This document shows positions 42,686-51,651 of a stretch of DNA of 56,491 nt, piece by piece. The DNA lies in contig JAZNEQ010000151.1 of assembly GCA_045588715.1 (NCBI GenBank), forward strand, positions 1 to 56,491, written 5' to 3'. This DNA comes from Eubacteriales bacterium (lineage in GTDB: Bacteria; Bacillota; Clostridia; Oscillospirales; CAG-272). The translations under genes were made by a program, and so were the position numbers. How positions within the stretch are numbered: position 1 is the stretch's first letter; every line of letters begins with the position of its first letter. Under the pieces are notes generated by a model. That model worked only from the letters and a program-made list of their open reading frames with translations, did not search any database and had not been told where the DNA came from.

Positions 42686-44767
42686 ATGTATGCAAAAACA
42701 GTCGCTCGTGACGGATTTGTAAAAATCGACGTAAACGGAGAGGTTTTGGAGCCTACGGCTTTTATGACTTATCGCCCTGATGCGCGTATCTTTTCCGACT
42801 TTAGAAGGGCGGGAGTGCGCTTTGCCAGCTTTGGTGCCTACGCACCCGATCGCGGGATTAACGATTTTGCGGGTCTTTTTCCTATGACAAAGCATTTTTG
42901 GGTAGGGGAAGGAACCTACGATTTTTCACAGGTTGATCACGACCTTGAATTGATCTGCCCCGAGGGAAATGAAATGTACGTTTTTCCCCGTGTGTTTTTG
43001 GACGTTCCCACCTGGTGGGAGGAGAAATATCCAAGTGAGCGTTGCATGGATGACAAAGGCGTGTTGCTTCGTCAGTCCTTTGCCTCAAAAAAATGGAGAG
43101 AGGATGCATCCTGCGCTTTGCGCGCCTTGATGGATCATATCGCAGCCTCCAAGTGGAAGGACTGCGTGGTAGGATACCATATTGCCGCAGGTGGCACCGA
43201 AGAATGGACACCGGAATGTTACGAGGGTGAGATCTTTCGCTTGGATTATTCCGAGGTCAACCGCCAAGGCTTTGTCAAATGGCTTGAGGAAAAATATAAA
43301 GCCGTAAAGGAATTAAACTTGGGCTGGGGGCGGAAGCTTGCATCCTTTGACGACGTCGAAATTCCAAGTGTTCTTGAACGCTGTTATTCCTTGCGCGGTG
43401 TGCTGCGCGATGAAGGTCGCGAGCAAAACGTCATTGATTTTTATGCCTATACCAACGATACCTTTGCCGATGCCATCGTTCATTTTTGCCGCACAGTCAA
43501 GGAGCATTCGGCATCCGCGCGGCTGGCGGGGGCGTTTTACGGCTACAATATTTTCTTGATCCATCCCGATAAGGGACATTTTGCGCTCTCACGGGTGCTG
43601 GAGTCTCCGTACGTCGATTTTATCGCGGCAACGGGCAACCATCCCGAACCGGGAGGGGCGTGGTCAAGCAATGCAACGCTTACAAGTGCCTCGCTTCACA
43701 AAAAGCTCTTTTTCTGCGAGGGAGATATTCGCACGCATCTCACACGCCCTCTGGGTGAGATGCTCCCGCACGTTGTTTCCAAAAACAACTACTACAAAAC
43801 GCCCGTTTGGAAACCGCTTGACAGCAAGGAGCTGACCTTCTCTGCTGTAAAAAAGGCGATCGCCCGTGTACTTACGGAGGGCGTTTCCGTTTGGTGGTTT
43901 GATATGTTCGGGGGCACATTTGACGACCCCGACGTGATGGGGCTGTTTTCGGATTTTTGCATTCGTATGAAAGAGCGGACTTCGGAGCCTCTTCGCCGTG
44001 ACGTTGCGTTTATCGTAGATGAAACGGGTGTGTTCCATATGAAGAGAAACGATTCTCCTGCGGAATACGTCAACAGGCGCCAGATCGACGAGATCTCCCG
44101 CATGGGAGTACCGGTGGATATGCTGGAGGCAAAGGATCTTTTGTGCGATTCGTTTGATGCGGACAAGTACCGTTTGATCATTTTGTCGAGCTTTTTGTCT
44201 CCGGCGGAGGAGATTCGCCACGCAATTGATGAAAAACTACGAAAAAACGGAAGAACCTTGCTTTGGTGTCAGTTTACCCCCGACGATCTGACAGGGGTGG
44301 AGACTGTGTACGATCCGTATGCCCCGAAAGCGCAGGGAATATTCAAAGGGCAAGCGTTTCCCGACGAGGCAGTTGTGTGCGCGCGCTTTTCTGAAGAAAC
44401 GCTAAAAGAAGGGTATCCCTTGGCGTATTTTGACGATGATCAAAAGCCGTCGGTCATGGCGTTTGAAAGAGACGGCTACCGTGAGATCGTCAGCACGGTT
44501 CCGTGTCTTTCAAGCGATCTTATGCGCGAGATCGCAACACTTGCGGGCGCTCACGTTTACACACGGCGTGGCGACGTGATCTATGCGGGCGGAAATTACG
44601 TGGCGATCCACGCGCGAAGTGCGGGAGAAAAGCGCATTTGCTTGCCCCTTCCCGTACGTGCACTTACCGATACCGAAACGGGCGAGCATCCGTTTCTCTT
44701 TAACGGTGTGTATACCGACGTTGAAATGAAAGAGTTTGAGACGCGCATTTATAAAGTCGAGATATAA
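42686..44767 (+). CDS. Putative cytoplasmic glycoside hydrolase, GH42-like (beta-galactosidase fold)
   Basis: 693 aa with no signal peptide. The segment FVKWLEEKYKAVKELNLGWG resembles the GH42 signature. The later segment YRLIILSSFLSPAEE..L..NGRTLLW resembles the GH42 trimerisation/GATase-like domain. Assignment is by eye only. Confidence 0.45.
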   Translation: MYAKTVARDGFVKIDVNGEVLEPTAFMTYRPDARIFSDFRRAGVRFASFGAYAPDRGINDFAGLFPMTKHFWVGEGTYDFSQVDHDLELICPEGNEMYVFPRVFLDVPTWWEEKYPSERCMDDKGVLLRQSFASKKWREDASCALRALMDHIAASKWKDCVVGYHIAAGGTEEWTPECYEGEIFRLDYSEVNRQGFVKWLEEKYKAVKELNLGWGRKLASFDDVEIPSVLERCYSLRGVLRDEGREQNVIDFYAYTNDTFADAIVHFCRTVKEHSASARLAGAFYGYNIFLIHPDKGHFALSRVLESPYVDFIAATGNHPEPGGAWSSNATLTSASLHKKLFFCEGDIRTHLTRPLGEMLPHVVSKNNYYKTPVWKPLDSKELTFSAVKKAIARVLTEGVSVWWFDMFGGTFDDPDVMGLFSDFCIRMKERTSEPLRRDVAFIVDETGVFHMKRNDSPAEYVNRRQIDEISRMGVPVDMLEAKDLLCDSFDADKYRLIILSSFLSPAEEIRHAIDEKLRKNGRTLLWCQFTPDDLTGVETVYDPYAPKAQGIFKGQAFPDEAVVCARFSEETLKEGYPLAYFDDDQKPSVMAFERDGYREIVSTVPCLSSDLMREIATLAGAHVYTRRGDVIYAGGNYVAIHARSAGEKRICLPLPVRALTDTETGEHPFLFNGVYTDVEMKEFETRIYKVEI

Positions 44768-44801
44768 TCCTGTTTTTTACGGGAAAGGAGAATTTATCCT
44801 T

Positions 44802-45362
44802 ATGGCACATCCTTTTTTGCATCTGAAAACCATTACGCGCCACCGCCATCGGGTGATTGCACATTGCTTTCGCGCGGGAATTGGTTTTCAAGGGCTTTTT
44901 CACGATCTTTCCAAATATTCGCCTACGGAATTTATTCCGGGGGCTCGCCACTATATTGGGACAAGAAGCCCCAACGAGGGGGAACGGGAGGTGCTTGGAT
45001 ATTCTCTTGCATGGATGCATCATAAGGGAAGAAATCGGCATCATTTCGAGTATTGGAACGATCTCAATCCAAAATCCAAAATGTACGAGCCTGTCAAAAT
45101 GCCCATACGCTTTGTAAAGGAAATGTTTTGCGACCGTGTTGCCGCCAGCAAGATTTATAAGGGGAAGGAATATACCGATACAATGCCGCTTGAGTATTTT
45201 TTACGCGGAAACGCGCGAAAGAAAATGCACGCGGATACCGCAGATCTTTTGGAGGAGTGGCTGACCCTCCTTGCCGAAAAGGGGGAAGAGGCGGCTTTTG
45301 CGCATTTGCGAACTCTTCCAAACGATGCGTCTTACGGAAAAGAGGAGAAAGCAGAGGAGTGA
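44802..45362 (+). CDS. His-rich HD-like protein of unknown function (DUF5662-like)
   Basis: ATG at 44802. The 186-aa product carries RHRHRVIAHC, GLFHDLSKY and WMHHKGRNRHHFEYW. Confidence 0.5.
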   Translation: MAHPFLHLKTITRHRHRVIAHCFRAGIGFQGLFHDLSKYSPTEFIPGARHYIGTRSPNEGEREVLGYSLAWMHHKGRNRHHFEYWNDLNPKSKMYEPVKMPIRFVKEMFCDRVAASKIYKGKEYTDTMPLEYFLRGNARKKMHADTADLLEEWLTLLAEKGEEAAFAHLRTLPNDASYGKEEKAEE

Positions 45363-45408
45363 TCTGCTTCGTTGCATCAAATATTACGTTCTACAAAGGA
45401 GAGCAAAA

Positions 45409-48400
45409 ATGGATTTCAAAACAAAACGCTTTGTTGCCCGCATGACTTGCGTGCTTGCACTGATCGGTATGCTTTTTGTTGCCTCCTGTGCTCAACCGCC
45501 CGAAGAGGACGGCGGGGAAACGGGAAGTGAAAGCAGCTGCGTGCACGAGATGGGGAATTACGTTGCCAACAACGATGCTGACTGTCAGCATAACATGACC
45601 GAAACGGCGACGTGCTCCAAATGCGGCGAAAAGGATACGCGCGAGCTTGCGAATTCCAAAAATCCAGCCGTCCACACTTCCGAGGAAGTAAAGTATCGGG
45701 AAAACGGCACGGATGCCAATAAGCACGATAAGTATCATGCTTGTTGCCAAGCCATTATCGAAACGGTAGATCATCGCTACGGAGAGGGTGTATCGGATAC
45801 GGAAAACGCGGGTGTTACCGTTTATATCTGTGCCGATTGCGGCGCGGTGAAAAAAACACATGATGGCGCGCATACCCACAAGGCAATACTGGTAGACGCT
45901 ACCCCTGCGGGGTGCACTGCGTTCGGTAATATCGAATATTGGTATTGCGCAGGATGCGATACCCGCTTTGCGGACGGGACCTTGACGACGATCTTGTCCA
46001 AGGAGGATGTGCGCGTCTCTCCCTCGCACAAGGGTGGAACGGCAACCTGTACGGCAGCAGCGGTCTGCACCGCTTGTGGAGAAGCCTACGGGTCTCTCGA
46101 TCCCGAAAACCATGCAAGCGCCTCTTTTGAATACGTCGAAATGTCGACAGATGACGAAAAGCACGAGCGGCGTCACGCCTGCTGTCATACGGTCGTTTCT
46201 ACGGAGGTGCACACGTGGAACAACGGAACTGTCAACGGAGACGTAACCGTTTACACGTGTACCAAATGCGGTAAGGAAAAACGCGAGGCGAATGCTCTTC
46301 ACGTGCATACAAGTACTCATGTCTTGCCCAAGGCGGCAACCTGCACCGAGGAGGGGAATATCGAATACTGGCACTGTGCGGCGTGCGGTAAATACTTCTC
46401 CGATGAAGCACTTACGCAAGAGGTGAGTGCTGCTTCGGTCAAAACAGATCCCGCACACACCTCCACCGAATTTACTTATGCCCCCAATGCGATCGATCCC
46501 GAGCGGCACGATAAAAAGCACGCTTGCTGCGGAACGGTCGTCGAAACGTTGGCACATGCCTACGAGTCTGCAGGCAGCTTTGTGGCAAGCTGCGAGGAAA
46601 ACGGATATACACTTTATCAATGCGTGTGCGGAGAAAGCTATCGGGAATTTACCGCACCCGCTACGGGACACAACGTCGAGCTTTGGAGCTTAACGCTTGA
46701 ATCTCCCAAAACGGGGGCTGATTGCACCTATTTGCAGACCTTTGAGGGTGAATGTTTCTTCTGTGGAGAGGAGCTTGAAAAAACGACCGAGACGGTGCGC
46801 CACAGATATGCGGCAACCGTTGTGACCCAGCCTACCTGTCAGTCGGCAGGCAGCAAGAGCTATGCTTGCTCTTGCGGAGCTAAGCCCACGCCCGATACGG
46901 TTTCCATTCCCAAAAATCCCCATGCACACACGTGGGAAGCGGGAACCACCGAAAACGGCGTTACGACCTATCGGTGTGAAAACTGCACAGCTTCCAAAAC
47001 CTCGGTCGTTTCTCTTGATACACAGGCACAGCTTGACAAAACGCAACTGAACGGAAACGAGATCGTTCTTGGCGACGTTGCCTTGACGCTGGACAATACC
47101 GTACTGGGGCTTATTGATGATAACGGTGACGTTACGCTGTCCGCTGCCCCCGTTACCGAGGGACGCGCGGAGCTTGTCAGCTCTTTGCCGGAGGCGCTTC
47201 GCGCACAGATCACAGATAGCACTCCCATTTATGATTTTTCACTTTCGCAAGGTGGCAATGCCATTTCGAATTTTGAAGAGGGAAGAGTTACCGTTACCAT
47301 TCCCTATACACTCCCTAACGATGCCGATGCCGATCGCGTTGCCGTTTGGTACGTTTCGGCACAAGGCTTGAAATTTTATGCGGCATCCTATTACGGGATC
47401 GGTGAGAATGGCTTTGTAACCTTTGAAGCCGAGCACTTCTCGGTCTACCTTCCCGGAATTGCGCCCGCCGACGAAGCGTGTGCGCTTTACGGGCACAATT
47501 ATACCACAAGCATCACCTCTCCCACCTGCGTTGAGCCGGGGTACACCGAGTATCATTGCCAGCGTTGCTCCCACAGTAAATTGGACGATATTCTGACTGC
47601 ACTTGGACACGCGTACAGTGCGGGGAACGAAACGCCCTCCACTTGCCTTGTCCCCGGAGAGAGAACCTATTCCTGTGCGCGCGATGATTGTGATCATACC
47701 TACAGAAAAACGCTTCCGCTTGCCGCGCATACCTTTGTAAAGGACACAGAGGAAAGTGTAGAAAAGACCTGTACCGAGGATGGACTTGACGTTTACAAAT
47801 GCTCGGTTGCAGGTTGTAACGGCGAAAAGCGCGAAACGCTTACGGCATACGGGCACGATCTTTACGAGGTGTCTATCGGACTTGCCGAAGGCGCACAGAG
47901 CTGTCACGACGGCGTTGCCATCGGCAAAAAATGCCGCAACTGTGATCATACCGAGACCGAGATCTTAACGGGCACTCATGTCGATTACGAAAAATACATG
48001 ACGCCCGAATGTACGTACCCGAGCCACACGGACGAATACGTTTATCTTGGTAGTTATCTTACGGCGGCGGGGATCGCTTACGATGAAGAGCCTTATCTTG
48101 CAATGACGCCGGGATGCGTATGCGGCGAACTTTATCGTTCGGTGAGAATGGAAAACCGCGGTATGGCGTACGGCATGGAGTTGTTCAACGATTTTGTGGA
48201 ATTCAGCCATATGAGCTTTTTTGAGGAAACAAGGGTGCTGACCGCAACGTCAATGCCGATGGGAGGTCCCGGAATGCCCGGCTACACCGAGCCCTCGTCC
48301 TACAGCATTTGCTTTGACGCAAAGATCGTAAAAGGTGAGGGCTGCCACACTACCTTCCGGCTTACGCTTAAGCTTGGGTATAACGAAGCGTCGGGAGAAT

Positions 48401-50052
48401 GCGACGAGGAGATGGTTTTTGTTCTTGCCGACCGAATTGAGCACGGCAACGTCAAAACCGTTGCAACGCTTTCCGATCCCACAAAATCTTGTTATGAAAA
48501 CAGCCGTAACGAGGGTCTTACCGTCACCAGGTATTGCCTTGCATGCGATTCGCTGATCGAAACCTTTTCGGAATACCTCCCCAACTCCTCCTCGCACTAT
48601 TTCGTTGACAAGGAGACCTTGGAGCACAAGCACGATCCGAGCGATCCTTATTATTGTGTGCGTGTCAACGTAAGCGAGTGCCCCTGCGGACAAATTCAAT
48701 GGCGTGATTACCGCGCCAACAATGGCTCTTATACAACGACGTATGTGGGAAATACAGCAGTTTACTCCTGTAATTCCTGCCATTTCATTTACGCGGAGTG
48801 TGAAAATGCGGTTGCACAGGATGCGGAGGATTGCCGCGAGACCAGAACGGATCATCTCTATTTTGATTGCGAGAGCGTCAATAATTTTGAAAGCTGCGAA
48901 AAGACACTTGTAAACCTCGACTACGACACAGCATGGCACGCAAGCTATCGCAACGAAACCAACAAAAATGCCCCGGAGGCGACCGATCAGACGTGCTGCT
49001 ATTATTACTACGATCGATTGGTTTGCGAGAGGTGCGGATTTGTAACGCACAACTCTGTCGACGGTTATCGAATGATTCACGAGCTTGTCGAAAACAGCGT
49101 TACCGATGCCCGCAAAAACGTGACCAAGACCACGACGTGCACGCGTGACGGTTGTGAATATCTTTGCATTGAACTGAGGGACGCCGACGGAAACCTGCTG
49201 CGTAGGTATTGCGAGGCGCCGGATCACACACAGGGAGAACTTTGCATCTCTCTTACGGCAAATAACGTGACAAACGGAGTCCTTCGTCCTACCATAGAGC
49301 GTGAGGAATATTATGATCTTGAAACGGGTGCGGCTAAGAGATGGTATCAATTCGTTTATACCTACGCGACAGATCCGATGAATGGCTGCATCCAAACGCA
49401 AACGTTTACCAATTCCAATGGTGACTGCGAGGTTCATGAAAGTCCCTGCTGTCTTTACGATATTCATGTAAGTCAAGAAGGCAACTGTGTGCAGGATGCA
49501 TACAGTAAATACGTGTGCTCACTTTGCGGTGGGGAGCGGATCGATTCTATGGGGAGCAGTTTTGGACATTCGTTTGGAGAGTATTACACGGTAAAGCAAA
49601 CCGATGGTAACTCTGATATGTATTTTCCTTATTACAAATGTGAGGTGTGCGGGATCTATCGTAAAAATACTGATAACTATTCGCCGATAAGTGTTACACA
49701 GGTAGGTGTTGAGGACGGTGTTGTAACGATTGCTTACCGCGATTACAATCAAGGGGAGGCAGCTCCGCTGGAGGAACCTTGTTTCTTCGTTGCCTATCAA
49801 TTCCGTACGTCGGATGAAGCACTTCGCGTTGATGAGATCGTTGACGGATATATTCCCCAGCCGTTGGTTGATTATTTGGAGGGAATTGACGTTACGGACA
49901 ACGGTGAAGGACTTTTGACCTATCAGCTTTCAGACGTTGCCGCGGCACTCGAAGTCTTGACACCCTTAGAAGACGGATACGTTTATAAGGTTTGCCTAAT
50001 GGTTGGAACCGACCCCGAATATGCAAGCTATATCTTAGTTCCGCTTGATTAA
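45409..50052 (+). CDS. Giant Cys-rich repeat lipoprotein (1547 aa), unknown function
   Basis: I take the start at 45409 (GGAG plus 7 nt), which gives MDFKTKRFVARMTCVLALIGMLFVASC with lipobox VASC. About 20 CxxC/CxC knuckles occur in degenerate 35-45 aa modules, with a Cys-free central segment. The listed start at 45271 would overlap the upstream gene. Confidence 0.8.
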   Translation: MDFKTKRFVARMTCVLALIGMLFVASCAQPPEEDGGETGSESSCVHEMGNYVANNDADCQHNMTETATCSKCGEKDTRELANSKNPAVHTSEEVKYRENGTDANKHDKYHACCQAIIETVDHRYGEGVSDTENAGVTVYICADCGAVKKTHDGAHTHKAILVDATPAGCTAFGNIEYWYCAGCDTRFADGTLTTILSKEDVRVSPSHKGGTATCTAAAVCTACGEAYGSLDPENHASASFEYVEMSTDDEKHERRHACCHTVVSTEVHTWNNGTVNGDVTVYTCTKCGKEKREANALHVHTSTHVLPKAATCTEEGNIEYWHCAACGKYFSDEALTQEVSAASVKTDPAHTSTEFTYAPNAIDPERHDKKHACCGTVVETLAHAYESAGSFVASCEENGYTLYQCVCGESYREFTAPATGHNVELWSLTLESPKTGADCTYLQTFEGECFFCGEELEKTTETVRHRYAATVVTQPTCQSAGSKSYACSCGAKPTPDTVSIPKNPHAHTWEAGTTENGVTTYRCENCTASKTSVVSLDTQAQLDKTQLNGNEIVLGDVALTLDNTVLGLIDDNGDVTLSAAPVTEGRAELVSSLPEALRAQITDSTPIYDFSLSQGGNAISNFEEGRVTVTIPYTLPNDADADRVAVWYVSAQGLKFYAASYYGIGENGFVTFEAEHFSVYLPGIAPADEACALYGHNYTTSITSPTCVEPGYTEYHCQRCSHSKLDDILTALGHAYSAGNETPSTCLVPGERTYSCARDDCDHTYRKTLPLAAHTFVKDTEESVEKTCTEDGLDVYKCSVAGCNGEKRETLTAYGHDLYEVSIGLAEGAQSCHDGVAIGKKCRNCDHTETEILTGTHVDYEKYMTPECTYPSHTDEYVYLGSYLTAAGIAYDEEPYLAMTPGCVCGELYRSVRMENRGMAYGMELFNDFVEFSHMSFFEETRVLTATSMPMGGPGMPGYTEPSSYSICFDAKIVKGEGCHTTFRLTLKLGYNEASGECDEEMVFVLADRIEHGNVKTVATLSDPTKSCYENSRNEGLTVTRYCLACDSLIETFSEYLPNSSSHYFVDKETLEHKHDPSDPYYCVRVNVSECPCGQIQWRDYRANNGSYTTTYVGNTAVYSCNSCHFIYAECENAVAQDAEDCRETRTDHLYFDCESVNNFESCEKTLVNLDYDTAWHASYRNETNKNAPEATDQTCCYYYYDRLVCERCGFVTHNSVDGYRMIHELVENSVTDARKNVTKTTTCTRDGCEYLCIELRDADGNLLRRYCEAPDHTQGELCISLTANNVTNGVLRPTIEREEYYDLETGAAKRWYQFVYTYATDPMNGCIQTQTFTNSNGDCEVHESPCCLYDIHVSQEGNCVQDAYSKYVCSLCGGERIDSMGSSFGHSFGEYYTVKQTDGNSDMYFPYYKCEVCGIYRKNTDNYSPISVTQVGVEDGVVTIAYRDYNQGEAAPLEEPCFFVAYQFRTSDEALRVDEIVDGYIPQPLVDYLEGIDVTDNGEGLLTYQLSDVAAALEVLTPLEDGYVYKVCLMVGTDPEYASYILVPLD

Positions 50053-50062
50053 AAAACCAAAG

Positions 50063-50117
50063 AACAAAACATATGCCGCCCAAACGCATTTTGCGTTTGG
50101 GCGGCATATGTTTTGTT
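50063..50117. terminator. Perfect 25-bp hairpin shared by two convergent genes
   Basis: AACAAAACATATGCCGCCCAAACGC (50063-50087) pairs perfectly with 50093-50117 around a 5-nt loop. Confidence 0.8.
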
Positions 50118-50535
50118 AAGTCTTTTTAGGTGTTCGCTTGTTGCAACGCGGGCAGGTGACAATGATCTCTCCCTTGCCCTTGGGAACGCGAAGGACGGCT
50201 TTGCAGGAGGGACATTTAAAATAGCAGTGCGTCTTTTTGTCGCGCTTTTTGTTTTTTCTCAGCTTTCTGGCGTTTTGCGGCTTTTGCTTGATGCGTAAAT
50301 ATCTTTCAAGCTCACGTCGGCGGCGCGGGATGTTTTTTGAAAACACGCGAAAATTTGACCAGATCAAAATCACAAAAGCAAGGATGCCAAACAAAAAGCC
50401 CACAACGGGGATATAAGCAAGAAGCAAAAAGACGAGTGCGGTCATCAGCAAAACCATATTTAACTCATCCGTTCCGTACCTTCCGTACATCCACCTTGAA
50501 ACGGCGTTTCCGATACGCTTGAAAAGCTTCCTCAT
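50116..50535 (-). CDS. Membrane-anchored zinc-ribbon protein
   Basis: I take the start at 50535 (MRKLFKRIG, GGAGA plus 7 nt). It has two TM helices, a very basic linker, and a C-terminal CPSC...CPRC ribbon. Confidence 0.65.
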   Translation of the reverse strand: MRKLFKRIGNAVSRWMYGRYGTDELNMVLLMTALVFLLLAYIPVVGFLFGILAFVILIWSNFRVFSKNIPRRRRELERYLRIKQKPQNARKLRKNKKRDKKTHCYFKCPSCKAVLRVPKGKGEIIVTCPRCNKRTPKKT

Positions 50536-50654
50536 TTTTATTTCTCCTTTTCGGTATTCCCGCAAAAAATCTTTTCTTTCTTTATAATATCACACTTTTT
50601 TAAACCGAACGCAAACTTTTGATGAGAATTTTAAAATATATTGCTTTCTTTTTC

Positions 50655-50698
50655 AAAAAAAGGAAGGAGCACACGCGGTGCAAAAGCATTGCGTATGC
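50655..50698 (-). terminator. Terminator after the deacetylase gene (end of the pheST-led unit)
   Basis: The minus strand reads GCATACGC, a 14-nt loop, GCGTGTGC (one G:U pair), then TCCTTCCTTTTTTT. Confidence 0.55.
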
Positions 50699-50709
50699 CC
50701 CTTTTGACG

Positions 50710-51636
50710 TTAAAGCTTGATCGCGCTGTAGGCGCAAAGAATTTTCTTTTTGCCGTTTATTTTGATATAAAGATCGATGTCGGAATTGTTCTGGATCTCA
50801 CGCTCGGTAACCTTGACTGCCTTGACCGCATCTTCGTAATCAAAGATGTCTCCCATCGAGGCGTACCAAAGGTCGGAGCGGTTTCCAAAGCGCTCGCAAA
50901 ACGTTTTAAGATCTTCCCATTTTTCGTCTCGCTCAAAATCGATGGAGTGTACACCAAAGCAAAACAGCTTTAACTCCCCGTCGTCGGGGATGTTGTCGTA
51001 CAGTGCCGAAACGTCAAGCAAGGTCTTGTGATGCGCGTTGTAGGTCCAGTGCATGCGGTCGCGGGGAAGGGAAAAGCCCGTAGAATCTCTGACGTCTCCC
51101 GTGGCTCTGATCGAACGAAAGCCGCGGTCGATCAGGGCTTGCATGACGGCGGAATTGTTTTGCTCGCCAAAGGGCCATACAAAATCCTTGATTGCCCCGT
51201 CACCAAATACACGTGCAAGCTCCTTCGAGCAGGTATCGGTCAATTCCATATATTTTTCGTCGGTTGCAATGTAATACTTCCACGTGCGAGAAAATATGCG
51301 ATAAAGTCCTTCCTCGTCTGTGCGATAAGCCTTTGTTTTGTCTGCGCTCTCCTCATCAAACGGCTCTTCTGCGATCGCGGGCGCGCGGTTTGGTGTAAAG
51401 GGGGCAGGGTGATGATGGCAGTGATTGGCAATTTCAAATCCGCGGTAAAAGCGGCGGTAGTCCTCGTCGCTCATATGCTTTTTGAGCGGAGTACACAGAT
51501 TAAAGGTCCCCTTAATTCCCGCAGGCTTTACGATGGAGAGAAATTTCTCGTCCATCGCAAGGTTGCCGTCGTCGATCGTAAAGGAAACGGATCTTCTGGT
51601 CCATCCCGGAAAGAAATTGAGATCGATTGCATACAT
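50710..51636 (-). CDS. Polysaccharide deacetylase (CE4/NodB-like) family protein
   Basis: I prefer the start at 51636 (GGAGG plus 8 nt). The motif SFTIDDG and a His-rich context NHCHHHP are present. The gene starts 15 nt after the pheT stop. Confidence 0.65.
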   Translation of the reverse strand: MYAIDLNFFPGWTRRSVSFTIDDGNLAMDEKFLSIVKPAGIKGTFNLCTPLKKHMSDEDYRRFYRGFEIANHCHHHPAPFTPNRAPAIAEEPFDEESADKTKAYRTDEEGLYRIFSRTWKYYIATDEKYMELTDTCSKELARVFGDGAIKDFVWPFGEQNNSAVMQALIDRGFRSIRATGDVRDSTGFSLPRDRMHWTYNAHHKTLLDVSALYDNIPDDGELKLFCFGVHSIDFERDEKWEDLKTFCERFGNRSDLWYASMGDIFDYEDAVKAVKVTEREIQNNSDIDLYIKINGKKKILCAYSAIKL

Positions 51637-51651
51637 TTTCATCGCCTCCAA

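Noticed and set aside
45271-45408. The upstream start at 45271 would give a 1593-aa version of the giant ORF.
   Set aside because: That start would overlap the last 92 nt of the preceding gene. It would also put 46 basic, non-signal residues in front of the lipoprotein signal peptide. The ATG at 45409 has GGAG plus 7 nt and yields a canonical signal peptide.
45391-49476. Two long minus-strand ORFs (45391-46671, 426 aa; 48250-49476, 408 aa) lie inside the giant lipoprotein gene.
   Set aside because: They are shadow frames of a compositionally biased gene. They have no RBS or plausible start context and give Arg/Gly/Cys-rich nonsense-like translations.
50678-50707. A 9-codon micro-ORF (MQKHCVCPF) lies behind an AAGGAAGGAG-like sequence.
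   Set aside because: The apparent RBS is the complement of the T-run, and the ORF lies within the stem-loop of the minus-strand terminator after the deacetylase gene. It also points into a convergent gene end.
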